From NCBI GenBank assembly GCA_951406725.2, contig OX597821.1:17422001-17486000 (forward strand): a stretch of DNA of 64,000 nucleotides, given 5' to 3'. The translations under genes and the position numbers were made by a program. Shown here one piece after another: positions 1 to 15,465 of this stretch. This DNA comes from Octopus vulgaris. Taxonomy: Eukaryota. The notes beneath the pieces are model-generated. The model saw nothing but the letters and a program-made list of their open reading frames with translations, was not told the origin of the DNA and searched no databases. Positions within the stretch are counted from its first letter, which is position 1. Each line of letters starts with the position of its first letter.

Positions 1-1
1 C

Positions 2-52
<51 letters not shown>

Positions 53-203
53 CAGATAGATAGATAGATTAGTGTGTGTCTGTATCTGTGTATGCATGTA
101 CATACATATATGTACAAACGCACACACACACACACGTATATATATATATACATATACATATACATATATATATACATGCATATATATATGTGTGTGTGTG
201 TGT

Positions 204-235
<32 letters not shown>

Positions 236-280
236 TTGTGTACATGCAAAAATATATATACATACATAGATATATCTATA
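1..280. repeat. Compound microsatellite (GATA)n/(CA)n/(TA)n/(TG)n
   Basis: Directly visible simple repeats. Confidence 0.95.
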
Positions 281-282
281 TT

Positions 283-380
283 TAGAAGAATATTGTTAAC
301 AGTGACTTCAAAGTTTTGGCGGGTTAAGCCATATTCCGACAGGCTGAAACTTCGGAGTCACTGTCAGCAACATTCTTGTA
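283..380. mobile_element. Short inverted-repeat remnant, possibly Penelope-like, containing a hammerhead 3' half
   Basis: About 38-bp imperfect inverted arms (tagaagaatattgttaacagtgacttcaaagttttggc / gctgaaacttcggagtcactgtcagcaacattcttgta). GAAAC-TTCGGA-GTC resembles hammerhead stem III plus a cleavage triplet. Confidence 0.45.
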
Positions 381-502
381 TAAGAATAACATATTTGTAC
401 TCCACAAAAGTACAGAGTAACCCATCAGATTAATGTAAAATTGTTTTCTATTATAACTGAACATAAAAATAACCAATAATATGCATCATAAATATATACA
501 TT

Positions 503-570
<68 letters not shown>

Positions 571-701
571 GACTGACAGAGACTGACAGAGACAGACAGA
601 GACAGACAGACAGACAGAGACAGACAGGCATACAGACAGACAGAGACGGACAGAGACAGACAAACAGAGACTGACAGAGACAGACAGACAGACAGACAGA
701 C

Positions 702-736
<35 letters not shown>

Positions 737-913
737 TAGACTGACGGAGACTGACAGAGACCGACAGACAGACAGACAGAGACAGACAGAGACATACAGA
801 CAGAGACTGACAGAGACAGACAGACACACAGACACACAGACAGATACACAGACAGACAGACATATGGATAGTACGTACTGCTCTCTCACTCAATAATAAT
901 AATAATAATGATG

Positions 914-970
<57 letters not shown>
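503..970. repeat. (GATA)/(GA)/(GACA)n compound repeat followed by (AAT)n
   Basis: Visible repeats. The (AAT)n is preceded by actgctctctcactc, the same 3' end as the element at 2552-3080. Confidence 0.9.
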
Positions 971-1033
971 TTTTTTTTAATTTCATAATTTCATAATTTT
1001 ATTGTCTCCCTCTCCCTCTCTCTCATTCTCTCA

Positions 1034-1069
<36 letters not shown>

Positions 1070-1795
1070 TCTTCTCGCTTCTTCATATTTTTTTACCTCC
1101 CTCCTTTTATCTCCCTTTCCTCTCGATCTCTACATCTCTTTCTCTCTCTCTTTCTCTCTTTCTTTCTCCCCCCCCCCCCCAGTTTCTCGATTTCCTTCTT
1201 TGTTGTCTTACCTCTACCCCTATCCCTATCCCTAACTCCTTTTTACATTTCCACAACATTTTGTGAAATATTAATATGTCGAAACGATTCTTTCTAAATT
1301 CAGACTTTATTCATTTCATAACGTGTCTGGTCGCATATTGACCCTGCACTGTTGTGCAACAACAACCGCATATTATTCGCTGGAAGGTGTGTGATGGCAT
1401 CTATTATTGATTAATGCCACATTGATCTGTGGTTTTTTGAAGAGATCCAGCAAATAGAATTGACCATTTTAGTTCACATGAAAGACTATTTTTATTCGTT
1501 TTCTTTCTTTTTTTATCCACTCTGCTGTCGTCGCTATTTTTGTTGTTGTTGAGGTGATTGCTAATGTTGTTGTTGTTGTTGATGACGATGATGATGATGA
1601 TGTTGATGTTATTGTTTCCATTGTTCTTGTTGTCAATGGAGCACAAGAGCAACAGAAAATTTATTGCTGCAAGCAGTTTGAGTGCATGTATTAACGATTC
1701 ACTGAGCTGCAGCGTTTTCTAGGATGGGTCAAATGGCAACTGTTGAAACAGTTCTCATGAAACAAAGCTTGTTCACTTGTTTTTATTACATCTTT

Positions 1796-1863
<68 letters not shown>

Positions 1864-1908
1864 TAATAATAATAATAATGATAATAATAATAATAATGAT
1901 GATAATAA

Positions 1909-1939
<31 letters not shown>

Positions 1940-1966
1940 AATAATGATAATAATAATAATATTAAC

Positions 1967-2001
<35 letters not shown>

Positions 2002-2041
2002 TAATAATATTAACAATAATATTAATAATAATAATAATAAC

Positions 2042-2090
<49 letters not shown>

Positions 2091-2101
2091 TTAACAACAA
2101 C

Positions 2102-2154
<53 letters not shown>

Positions 2155-2192
2155 TAACAATAATAATAATAATAATAATAAAATTAATAATA
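1796..2192. repeat. Long (AAT)n microsatellite
   Basis: Visible; it produces the poly-N/I/L ORFs in the track. Confidence 0.97.
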
Positions 2193-2500
2193 AAGATTGA
2201 AAAGTACAAGCTACTAAAAGATGAAATTGTATGAATATGAGCAATGGAGAGAATAACTATAGTCCCAGTAGTTGTGAGGGCAATGAGAGCATTTTTATAA
2301 ACCAGGTTTGAGAAATTTGGTAGAAACATTGATAGCAAAGTGAGGGTAGAATACGCTCGGACAGTTGCTTTAATGGTGACAGCGAGGGTTTTGAGACTGG
2401 TGCTTGGGTGTTAAGTATTGTGGAAAGAGACACTGCGAGACCCTTGACAAAAAGTTGCCTTAATAATAATAACAATAATAATAATAATAATAATAATAAC

Positions 2501-3143
<643 letters not shown>

Positions 3144-3420
3144 ATATAAGGGACGTCAGAAACATCGAGATGAAATTCTAGAAGAAACATGTACTGCCCA
3201 TATCCTTCGAAAAACCCTTTCTAGTTAAATGTCAGTGTTGTATTACATAAAAATATTCCACTACCTCCCCCCCCCCAAAAAAAAAAAACTTTCAGTCATA
3301 TGACTGAAAGCTTTCAGTCACCCCAGGATGTTTGGTGTGTCTCGGCAAGTGGCTGTAACAAAGATGCAGATTAAAAGTAAAAATAAGACGAATAAGAATA
3401 ATAATAATCAATAATAAACA
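3144..3420 (+). mobile_element. 3' end of an RLE-type (R4/Dong-like) LINE
   Basis: actgcccatatccttcgaaaaaccctt encodes TAHILRKTL, a typical ORF C-terminus, followed by a short UTR and an AAT-rich tail. Confidence 0.55.
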
Positions 3421-4334
3421 ACAATAACAACAACAACAGTAAACACCCAAGCTAAAAGCATAAATCAGAAGAATGGATTCTATTCTTGAACTATTTCAGA
3501 CCATTCCGAAATACAACAATAAGAATAATTACATTAAAAAAATAGAAAGACAGATAAGTAAAATTCCAAGCTGGAAAACCCCAGGGCCTGATTCAATAAT
3601 ATATATTTATATATATTATAATTCAGAATATCATTAACATATAGAGTGTGGAGAAATCTACAATTATTAATTTTAAAGCCTTAGTTATGAAGATAGTGGA
3701 CGATGAGAAAACATTTACTTGCTTTCTTAATTAACGAGAAAAATAATTCGGAATCCTTTTATATTTATGATCAGAAGTGAATGTCTTCTCATGAGAACCC
3801 TTATACTTCGGTTATCTTAGAGAACTAGTAATTTAATTCAGTATTTGAATAAGTTTTGTAGTAGACTTTCATAACATCGGTAATTTAAATCCGTATTTCA
3901 GTAGCCATTTATTGCATTAAAAACTTTCTTGGTTTGTACATTAGCTCAGTGACTAGCATTAATTCAACCTTGATTGGTACGAACGACAACTCAGAGCGCT
4001 TTGGTAATATTGGTCCTCTTCAGTTAAGTATAGCCTTCTCCGTACTTGCCAGGTTAATGATAAAAGAGTTACTATGTTGATGTAAAATAACATACAGAAG
4101 TAAGCGTCTAAAATCCTCATAATTGAGGACATTATCGACCCATGTGCACGATAAGCAATAGTTAAATCAAGGTCTTTTTCGCATAGTAAAAGGAAAAATT
4201 AAATAATGAAATTTATGTGATAAGCAGAAAGTAAGAGATCAGGTTATTGGTCAATATTTATTGAATTTGATTTTGGCAACACAATCTGTATGAATATAAT
4301 TGTATGTATGCTTATCTGTATTTTGTATTTTACT

Positions 4335-4415
<81 letters not shown>

Positions 4416-4420
4416 TAGAT

Positions 4421-4465
<45 letters not shown>

Positions 4466-4544
4466 AGATGGATATGTACATATACAAACATACACATATA
4501 TATACATATACACACATATATCCATATATATATATGAATATACA

Positions 4545-4599
<55 letters not shown>

Positions 4600-5364
4600 G
4601 TACATATGTATACATATAGTGTGAACACAATATAAAATAAATGTTAACGTATTGGATGTCAGTAGTAGTGTGAGTAATTGTATGTGCGTCAGTGTATGTG
4701 TATGTTTGTGTTGGAATGTGTGTATATGTGCCTATATATTCATGAAAGTGCCTACATTATGTGTTAATTAACAAATGTGTATCCTGGGCTGGGGAGAAGT
4801 CATTCTAGATAGAGTTACAACAGAATCGAAGATAATACCTGAGATGACAAACAAAGAACGATTTTCAAAGTTTCCCAAGACGTGTTCTTAAAATCGACCG
4901 TCCATAATGTACATGGAAGTTAAGTAATCACATCTAATTTGGAAACTAAATATGACAAGACAGAAACGACATACTACATTTTCATCAGAATCAAATGAAA
5001 CTTTCTAGAAATGATCGAAGCGAAGGAAGGTGATTGAAAATGGGTGAAAGTGGGGAAAGATAAGGAGAGAAAGTTATAGCCTTTTTGAAATCAGTATCCT
5101 ACTTTATGCCATGTTCACGAACACCAACAGCTGTGCAAATTTGCTTGAAAAGATCTCCAGTATCCGCTGAACAGAAATGAAAAGCGGGAAAGGTGCCAAT
5201 GCACTTGACTATTTGCTATGGTAAAAGGTCATTCGGCTTCAAAAGTTACAGAAGCAAAAATTTGTTAATGTAGTAACCTAGCTTATCATTCATGTGTATA
5301 TGTGTATATGTGTGTATGCTTATATACATACACCCACATATATATATTCATAAATACATATGCA

Positions 5365-5395
<31 letters not shown>

Positions 5396-5412
5396 CTTTA
5401 TATATATATACA

Positions 5413-5700
5413 TCTTTATATATATAAAACTGAGCATGTGTGTCTGTCTGTCTGTTTGTGTGTTTCCCTAAAACTTGAGAACTACACAACCAATTTCATT
5501 CAAATTTTACATATGCCTTACTTAGAGTCCATGTAGTTTCATGGGCAAAAAAAATGTTCAACTTCTTGCCTAGAGCGAGCCCATAGCAATATCATATCTT
5601 CTCCACTATTTCAGTATTACGTGTTAAAAGTGAAACAAAAACGTTTCTCTATTTTATGTCAGATACTTTCACTTTAACAATAAAAATAATAACAACAATT
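5413..5700 (+). mobile_element. Non-autonomous Helitron-like 5' portion
   Basis: TCTTTATATATATAAAACTG start followed by a (GTCT)n-like tract, the same start style as the Helitrons at 49779 and 50296. Confidence 0.5.
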
Positions 5701-5959
5701 GAATTATATGTAGTAAGTAATAATTAAAATCAAACTAAAGTATAATATAATCGTAACATAACAAAAGTAAAAATAGCAATTGGTATAAAATTGCATCAAT
5801 GATTTGAACTTGAATAAGTGGTTTCACATGAATGGGAATAAATTAAAAATAAAATTTGCGTGCAGAACTGGAATAGTCCAGATGGATAATAAAAAATTAA
5901 ATTAAAGAAAAGACTATTGTCTATAAAGTATACAATGTAGAGAAAAAAGAAGATTTGAA

Positions 5960-6275
5960 CACATGGAGGAAAGCACCTTCGAAAAGTGTCTTGGTGCGAC
6001 TATGAAAGGTATCTAATCAGAGGCGGTAAATTCGCCACAATAGAAGCAAGGTTCGAGTCAACGGAGCGTGCGAGGGAGTACTCGACTCGAACTTGCAAAG
6101 TGGAAATATTTTATTTTTACCTTTATATCTGGGATGTAGGACGTCCCGGAAAAAAATTTAAAATGACCCCCACCCCCACCCAGAAGTAGACGTAGGCTGG
6201 ATTGTAGCCACACTTCTATACAAGAGGGAGGACAAGATACAATTGATCGAAATTACAAGAGACGGGCCTACAATT
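5960..6275 (+). pseudogene. Decayed ORF1 fragment of a Tx1/L1-like LINE
   Basis: YLIRGGKFATIEARFESTERAREYST aligns by eye with YVARGKRFASVEAKFDSEEKAKMHST at 33820-34110. Confidence 0.6.
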
Positions 6276-6453
6276 CCAGTCTGTTATATATTTTGAGTAT
6301 TATTATCACTAGCGATATCAAGATATAACTTTGTATTTTGTATTTTATGTGTAGATGTATATATATAGATGTACATGTAATATGTACACATATATATACA
6401 CATATATACATGCACTAGCACTATGACCCGGCAACGACGGGTCTTTAATGGTA

Positions 6454-6569
<116 letters not shown>

Positions 6570-6639
6570 GGTTAGATAGATATGTATGTTCATAAATATA
6601 TATTTATGTATTTCATAAATACATACGCATACATATGTA

Positions 6640-7112
6640 CGTATGCATGTATGTATGCATGCATGTATCTATGTTTTTATTCAGTTTTATTTCAAGATTT
6701 CTTGCCAATAGAGAAAGCGCCGGTTTCTAACCTAGATCCACAACTTTTTCATTGGAATTTCAACAACATCAACAGGGTATTTTCTTATGTTTATATGTAT
6801 GTGTACGTGCAGATTTGTATGTTTTTGTTTCTTGTATGTATTTTCATGCATATAATTGCATATCTAGACATGTTCCTATATACTTAATGATAAACAACTG
6901 GCAAATTTTACTGATTATAACAGTTCCAGTGATGGTTTGGATCTGTAGTCTTCGAATCAGCTTTATCCTTTTTCGTTTTGAAAAGCCTAATTTGGTATTT
7001 AGACAATGTGTTACGTATCCCAACACTCAAATAATTACAGATATAAACCTGAACTTGTGATGTGGGTAGAGTAACTGCAGATTTCTCAATAGATCAGTGT
7101 AAGTATTCGCTT
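6640..7112 (-). mobile_element. 3' fragment of an R4/Dong-like LINE with a (CATA)n tail
   Basis: Reverse-strand homolog of 56578-56940 and 59323-59752 (LGYVTHCLNT.L.KLGFS...IRRLQIQ.ITGTV.I.K). Confidence 0.8.
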
Positions 7113-7248
7113 TTTCGTTGTTCTTTGGCTTTATGTTAACGTTCGCTAAGCAGCAGCAGATTTCCACAACTGTACATACTTTCTTCTCTATCCCAAATCA
7201 CTATATCATGTATGTATGTATGTATGTGAATATACATATATGTATATG

Positions 7249-7329
<81 letters not shown>

Positions 7330-7344
7330 TATATATATATATCC

Positions 7345-7652
7345 CCGTGATCACCTTGCTCGACCACGCTATCATATGCTGCTACACATCGCTGGTCACA
7401 ATGCGCTTCACATTGTTTTGGCCTTCAAATGACGCCACCCCACTGGCTAAGTGAGCAGGCCAACAAAAGAAAGAGTGAGAGAAAGTTGTGGCGAAAGAAT
7501 ACAACAGGGATCGCCACCACTACCCACCCCACTGCCGGAGCCTCGTGGAGTTTTAGGTGTTTTCGCTCAATAAACACTCAGAACGCCCGGTCTGGGAATC
7601 GAAACTCCGATCCTACGACCACTGCTCTAACCACTGGGCCATTGCGCCTCCA
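7345..7652 (-). mobile_element. tRNA-derived SINE, family C (tail type 1)
   Basis: Reverse complement starts GGAGGCGCAATGGCCCAGTGGTTAG (A box) ... GTTTCGATTCCC (B box). Shared with the copies at 26566-26950 and 51346-51592. Confidence 0.85.
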
Positions 7653-7659
7653 CACACAC

Positions 7660-7754
<95 letters not shown>

Positions 7755-7762
7755 TATATATA

Positions 7763-8366
<604 letters not shown>

Positions 8367-8376
8367 CATACATACA

Positions 8377-8466
<90 letters not shown>

Positions 8467-8471
<5 letters not shown>

Positions 8472-8780
8472 ATGTCCTGTAAGGTGTTACCAAGAGCTTC
8501 CATTGCACCTCCATGTGACATGGTGCATTCATTCCAAATGATAAGGTGGCATTGGTACAACACTTCTGCTGAACCTGAATCTTTGCTTACGTTACAATTT
8601 AGGTTTAGTGGTACTTTAAAAGCAGAATGTGAGAATGGTGGCAGCAAAGCCAAACAATGGTACAGCAACTGCAATTTTTTTCTTTTTTTGCCTTACTTTG
8701 GTGAGAAGTAATGTCACAAATGTATTACGTGTATCACCAGGAACATTAAGAAAGAAAATTCCTCTGCTTTTTTCTGACGA
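8467..8780 (-). pseudogene. Helitron RepHel Pif1-family helicase fragment (frameshifted)
   Basis: FFLNVPGDTRNTF (degenerate Walker A FFLDAPGGTGKTF), [32 protein letters not shown] (Walker B DE) and [10 protein letters not shown], spread over two frames. Confidence 0.85.
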
Positions 8781-10969
8781 TTGTGGAACGCCGCCCGCAC
8801 ACACACACTGATACATATACATACAGTATCAAACCATTGATGAAATGGGGGGGAGAGAGAGAGAGAGTGGAGGGCTGTGTTGTCATATATACTTACATAA
8901 ATAATAGGCGTCTTTCTTGTATGTATGTGTGCGTGAGAGAGAGAGAGACACTTAGACATCACTCTCCTTCTCTCACACACACACGCATACATACAGAAAA
9001 GATGTATGCATATGTATTTATATGTACGAATACATCACAACAAACCCCTTCACTCACTCACACACACACGCCGACACACACACCATACATAAACGTATAC
9101 AAACTTACATACAAAAACACGTGTGCGTGTGTAACTTGTAGATACACAGAGCCGAAGACGGCGTGAAAAAGAAAATAAATAAAAACTTTTTACGTAAATA
9201 AACGAAGTGTGTGAGTTCCAGAAAAATAATATCCATATATTTTGGGTGCCACATGTTTAACTGCAAAATTTTAACGTAATATTTGTGTAATAAAGAAATC
9301 AAACCTGGAGTGTGTATGTGTGAGTGCGCGCGCGCGTGTGTGTGTGAGAGAGAGAGAAAGAGAGAGAGAGAGTGAGAGGGAATACTGCAAGCATTGAATG
9401 AGATGGACATGGAATGAAAAAATCGCATAAATAAAAGCACGTTGAAAAGTGTCTTCTACCGAATATCTAAATTTGTGAACTTAGTAAATATTTCTTTCAG
9501 TAATTTATCGTAGTTGTTTACAAACAGAGAATTAAAACTTGAAATGAAAACATTGAAATTTAGACAGGGACAGACTTCGCCGTTTTTAGGTTAATACTGC
9601 AAGTTGACTTTGAGAAAGCTTTTTAAAGAAGTGAATTTAACGTAAAGAATTTCATTTAAAAATATCCATTTTTTTTTTTAAGTTAAGACGAATTGAAGTA
9701 GACTCGGGTGAATTTTCAGAAAATCCCCACCTCCTCCTAAAACTGTTATCCTCCACCCACCCACCCAAAAAAAATTTTGAGATATTCGAAATTGACATGA
9801 TAGAACACATATTCGTAGAAAATTTCATTAAAACCTATCCATAATTTTGAAAGTTATGATCATGGAAATTGTTGGGAGGCAAAAATCTGTAGTTCTTAAT
9901 AAGAAATTTTAACGGAAAAGAAAGTATTGTAGGGGTTGAAGGGACATTTGTCACTCAGTGAACCAACGAGCCAGTCTCGAAGGAACCAGAAAGAGAGATA
10001 TACATAAAGAGATATGTTACGTCAGTGACGCTAGAAAACCAGCAATAAATATTTTTAAAACTTTCAAAGACGTGAATGTAATATAAAAAGTAATATTTTA
10101 TATTTTTAAAAATTGTTAATAAAAAAATTAAATGAAGATCCTATAATATGTCCGAGGTCAAATTTTTCATGCATCACAAGTATGGAAGTAACTAGTAAAG
10201 ATATTTAGTTGCACTTTTATCCGTACCAGCAGCTTCGTCGTACCCTCTCCTCGTTAACTCATGTGATCTAGTGGTCAACGTAGCAGATAACTGCATAAAA
10301 TACTTTACAGTATTTAGTTTCAACCTTACATTTTCTGAATTTAAATCACTTAGAACATTTTAAAGATTTTAACTTTAGCACCAGTTATATACAGGCTGCA
10401 TATAACCTCACTATGTCCCTTCTATACAACTTAGAGGCCGTGTTTTAAAATAATAAATCAATAAGCTGTACACGTTCACTACCATCCAAATAATTGGATG
10501 GCCGAGTCATATATAATAATACGCACTTACAGTTCATCTCATTAAGCTTGTCTTAAGTTATAAAGCGGAAGACTGAGTGGATACATTCCTTGATTGGTTA
10601 CTTCTATGTTAAATATCCACTGAAGCAGAGAGGACAAGGATTGGCTAGCCACAGAACTACAAAACTACATCGTCCATCACTAATTATAAATCACAAGTAA
10701 TCAAAACTACCAAATAATTAACGAGACCATCTTGTCTGTCTCATTGCAGCCATCGCCATAAACTTTCTGGCTATAAAACAGCACAATAAACCAGTCCAAA
10801 TGTGGAGCAATGATCGTCTTTTAAAATATGCATGTATAAAGTTATAGTGATTCTGGTTTCATTTTATAACAACTATTAGTTATTTTTGTTGTTGCTGTTG
10901 TCGTCGGTGGTGGTGGTGGTGGTGGTGGTAGTCGTCGTCGTCTTCTTCTTCTTCTTCTTCTTACTGCTA

Positions 10970-11190
10970 TTGTTTAGCCCAAGGTGAATTCAGACCGAAC
11001 ATAGCAGCCGCCAAAGGAATCCTGTCTGTAGCCATCCCTTCTTTCTTGTTTTTTTTTTAAGACAAAGGTATAGTGAATGTATACAAGACTACATTATCCT
11101 GTGTCATTCATAATTTAAGTCGGTTGGGTGTGATGTGAGGGAGATTTGCCGGCTATTTCTAACAGGCTGAGTAGCTACACAGAAGCTCTC
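10970..11190 (-). mobile_element. Old interspersed repeat (family D); related copies near 12865, 21480, 27085 and 46195
   Basis: Shared degenerate core gctagaaatagc(a/c)g(c)caaatctccctca(a)atcac seen in several copies. Confidence 0.5.
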
Positions 11191-11371
11191 TTGTTATCTT
11201 TTCTTGTTTGTTTTTTGTTGGCTTTTTTTTTTATAATATCATATACTATATAATATGTTGTACTATATTATATACTATATAAATAATATTACAAATTAAC
11301 GCAGGTGTGGCATGGCTGCAGGTGCGGCTCTGAGGTAAGAATTTTGTACCCCAAGCACATAATCAATACTT

Positions 11372-11620
11372 TCCCATCATTACACAGTCAGAAAACAACA
11401 CAGCTCCCATGACTTTCGGAAACATTTTTTCACGCTCAGAGTTGCTGAAGCATGGAACAAACTGCCTGCGTCAGTTGTTGACTGCCATGACACTGCATCC
11501 TTTAAGGCCCCCATGCTTCCCGAAATCCGCCGAAACTACACCTGATTATATATACACTTTAGATGAGTTGTGGTGCACCTGAGCACTGTACACAATGTTT
11601 TTATTATTATTATTATTTAT
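11372..11620 (+). mobile_element. CR1-clade LINE 3' end
   Basis: Encodes RKHFFTLRVAEAWNKLPASVV...ASFK, the CR1 ORF2 C-terminal motif, then an (ATT)n tail. Confidence 0.8.
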
Positions 11621-12329
11621 TATCATTTTCATCGTTCATAATCATTATCATTATAATCATCATCGCAACATATTCTCACATCATTGAATGAAGTATAAAC
11701 ACTTTTAGAGACATGGCGACAGTCCCAGTAAAACCATTTGCAACAAGAAACCACCGTGGTATACCAAGAACAGTTCCAGTGAAACAGTCGACAGTCTCAG
11801 TGAAACCAGCTGCACGAAGAAACTGCTATGGTTGTAGTTGGGTTCTGCGCTGGTGAAAAGTTGAAGAACTCAGCTATAGTATATGTCTGGATAATATATT
11901 CTACAATGCTACACATAAATATGCATCCCCAAATTACACGATAGAAATAGCAAAGCTCATAAAAACACAAAGAGAATCTCAAAGAGAACACAGCAAAAGT
12001 GCCCACAACAGACATAAAAATCAGTATCAAACGACGAGGAAATTACAAAGAAAATAGACCATAAAAATAACTGGAAACTGGCAAATATTTGTATCTAACA
12101 TAAACAATAAAAAAAGCCGTAAAATAATTTATAGAGTAATTAGTAAGATCAACAAAAACAACAACCACAGCGCATATTTTGTTGCAATAAAAACCTCAAT
12201 TGACTTACCCAACCCAGACTTTAACACCAGATATTTTTCTAAGATCTGCAAACAAAACCATTCAAAGAAGAGTGGAGACAAAACAATAAAAAAATGGATC
12301 TTTGACTTAGGCCTTGATTTTTATTGTCT

Positions 12330-12742
12330 AGGAGTGGCTGTGTGGTAAGTAGCTTGCTAACCAACCACATGGTTCCGGGTTCAGTCCCACTGCGTGGCAC
12401 CTTGGACAAGTGTCTTCTGCTATAGCCCCGGGCCGACCAATGCCTTGTGAGTGGATTTGGTAGACGGAAACTGAAAGAAGCCTGTCGTATATATGCATAT
12501 ATATATAAGTGTGTGTGTGTATATGTTTGCGTGTGTGTGCTTGTCCCCTTAACATTGCTTGACAACCGATGCTGGTGTGTTTATGTCCCCGTCACTTAGC
12601 GGTTCGGCAAAAGAGACCGATAGAATAAGTACTGGGCTTACAAAGAATAAGTCTTGGGGTCGATTTGCTCGACTAAAGGCGGTGCTCCAGCATGGCCGCA
12701 GTCAAATGACTGAAACTAGTAAAAGAGTAAAGGAGTAAAGAG
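12330..12742 (+). mobile_element. tRNA-derived SINE family A, full length
   Basis: A box TGGCTGTGTGGTAAG, B box GGTTCAGTCCC, internal (TA)/(TG) tract and (AAAAGAGT)n tail; more than 12 copies in the window. Confidence 0.92.
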
Positions 12743-12749
12743 ACCCAAT

Positions 12750-12845
12750 CGTAAATAATGCCTCAGGACCTGACAAAATTACAAACCTGTGCCTAAAATA
12801 TTTAGGGCCGACTGAAATCGCTGCAGCTGCCAACATCTACAAGTA
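12750..12845 (+). pseudogene. LINE reverse-transcriptase N-terminal remnant
   Basis: Encodes NNASGPDKITNLCLKYL (the A.GPD.I motif preceding the RT domains). Confidence 0.45.
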
Positions 12846-12971
12846 TTCGAATTTCGGTTACCTAGGGAGCATCTACGTGGTCGGTTGGCTTGCAAGAAAT
12901 AGCAAGTAAATCTTTATTGAATTAAACCCAACCCTATCTTTAAAAAAGGTAACATTGAATAATCTTTTCTA

Positions 12972-13178
12972 CCATTGGCAGAAGGCCTGACATTTTGGGG
13001 GAAGAACTAGTCGATTACATCGACCGCAGATCTCAACTGGTACTTATTTTATTGATCCAGAAAGGATGAAAAGCACAGTTGACCTCGACGGAATTTGGAC
13101 TCACAACAAAAATCCAAAAGAAATGCTGCTAAGCATTTTGTCTGGCATGCTAACGATTCTGCCAGCTCGCAGCTTTAA
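12972..13178 (-). mobile_element. SINE family B, old tail type
   Basis: Diverged match to the family B head and core. Confidence 0.8.
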
Positions 13179-13515
13179 TAATATTGAATAATGCAGAGAT
13201 ATCTTAAAAGAAAAAAAAAGATACGCATTCATACGTACACATATATCGCTTTGCTATATAAACTCTCAAAACTTTTAGGAAATATCACCAATCCACACAG
13301 GGTTAGACTCCACGAAGATATCAGTAACCTGTGCAGAATGATATCATAGCCAATATTTAAAGATATAATTCTATGTGAGAGTTCGCTTTATCATTATGTT
13401 TGGGTTCGTGATATCTTTACGTGGATTGGCCCACATAACACGCACAATGATATTACTAATCCATACACAAAGCTTTCACTATTTCAATCAGAAAGATATC
13501 CCTAACATACACACA

Positions 13516-13589
<74 letters not shown>

Positions 13590-14212
13590 TATACATACAC
13601 ACACATCTATAGATCATTGACCTAGGTAGTAAGAAACTCTAAGGAGAGCAAAACGGTAGAGGGTCTTCAGAGAAGAAGCACCCTCTCTAGCAAGTGTTAT
13701 GGCCCTTAACTGCTTACACCCTGAGAGGGTGGAGCCGCATCCGGGTCATGAATCCTGGATATTTCTCTGTTGTCACATTCTGTGCTACAGTCTATATTAC
13801 ATCCCTTTTTGGGTGATTAAAATCCACAGTACCTTGCGTGCCCCTAAGCCAAGATAGCTTGGGTGCTGTAACTTGTCCAGTCTAAGACGCCAGTTAAATA
13901 TATGATATATTATACCTTTTGAAATTCACTTCTATTCTTCCTTGACCAGATCCAACTGGAGCTCTTCTCAGATGCTTCTACCATTGCCTTAAGAACTCTG
14001 GTTCTCTTTCTCCCAGAAATTCACTAAAACAACTACCACGATCACCATGAATACTAACTTTATCTCAAGGACCCTCTCTACAAATATTAATACCATTTCC
14101 ACCGTTACTACCACATCTATCACAACTACCACTTCTACTACATCTACCCGTCTACCGGAGCTACTAGTTCTACTACAACAACAGCTATCTTTTCTATCAT
14201 TATCAATACTTC

Positions 14213-14415
14213 TGAGGTGGAATACTGGCAGAATCATTAGCACGCCGGGGAAAATCCTTAGCGGTACTTCGTTCGACTTTACATCCAGAGTTCAAATTCC
14301 ACTGACTCTGAATTCATGTTTCAACCCTTCGAGGTTGAACACTGGAGTTGATGTAATCGCCTTTCCCCCTCCCACCCGAAATTGCTGGCTTGGACCAAAA
14401 TTCAAAACCAATATA
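14213..14415 (+). mobile_element. SINE family B, diverged
   Basis: ctggcagaatcattagcacgccggg ... gagttcaaattcc ... aaaattcaaaacc. Confidence 0.75.
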
Positions 14416-14497
14416 ATTATTTCTTCTATCTACCACTACCACTACCACCTACAATTCTACTTCAGCTTCCACCACTATTATTACTTCTTTTATCACA

Positions 14498-14820
14498 AGG
14501 AAGGCGCATGGCTCAGTGGTTAGAGTATCAGGTTCACAAGCATGAGGCAGTGAGTTCGATTCTTGGATTGGGCTGTCTGTTGTGTTCTTGAGCAAGACAC
14601 TTTATTTCATCTTACTTCAGTTCACTCAGCTGTAGAAATGAGTTGTGATGTCACTGGTGCCAAGATGTATCAGCCTTTGCCTTTCCCTTGTATAACATCG
14701 GTGACGTAGGGAGGAGAGGCTGGTATGAATGCGCGACTGCTGGTCTTCCATAAACAACATTGCTCGGATTTGTGCCTCGGAGGGTAACTTTCTAGGTGCA
14801 ATCCCCCGAAAGGGGTCTTT
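14498..14820 (+). mobile_element. tRNA-derived SINE family E
   Basis: TGGCTCAGTGGTTAGAG A box and GAGTTCGATTC B box; near-duplicate at 14918-15255. Confidence 0.85.
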
Positions 14821-14917
14821 ACTTTCTATCTTTACTATCCCTACCACAGGGACCATGACTACCTCTTCCAACACACTACCACCTCTACCATTACTACCAT
14901 TTCTATTATGAGTACAT

Positions 14918-15255
14918 GTGAAGCAGCATGGCTCAGTGGTTAGAGCGTCGAGCTTACGATCGTGAGGCTGTGAGTTCGATTCCCGGACCGGGATGCGTGT
15001 TGTGTTCTTGAGCAAGACACTTTATTTCACGTTGTTCCAGTTCACTCAGCTGTAGAAATGAGTTGCGACGTCACAGGTGCCAAGCTGTATTGGCCTTTGC
15101 CTTTCCCTTGGATAACACTGGTGGCGTGGAGAGGGGAGGCCGGTATGCATGGGCGACTGCTGGACTTCCATAAACAACCTTGCTCGGACTTGTGCCTCGG
15201 GGGGTAACTTTCTAGGTGCAATCCCATGGCCATTCATGACCGAAGGGGGTCTCCC
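14918..15255 (+). mobile_element. tRNA-derived SINE family E
   Basis: Second copy, colinear with 14498-14820. Confidence 0.85.
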
Positions 15256-15465
15256 CTCCCTCATTAAGAGTACTGCCTCGACAACAGCTATCGCTTCTCT
15301 CACAAATACCATCCTTACTGCAACTTGTACCCCTATAAGTAGTACCACCTCTACACCTTCTACCATTTCTACCACAACTACCACCTCTGCAACAAGTACT
15401 AGCTCTACCACGACTATCACTTCTACCTATGTTACTAACACTACTAATTCTAGCATCATTACTTC

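Noticed and set aside
290-322. RT-like peptide NSDFKVLA
   Set aside because: Too short, and better explained as one arm of the inverted repeat at 283-380.
12239-12565. Recurring [32 protein letters not shown] (also at 18592, 20496, 29612, 41084 and others)
   Set aside because: Antisense reading of SINE A, not a gene family.
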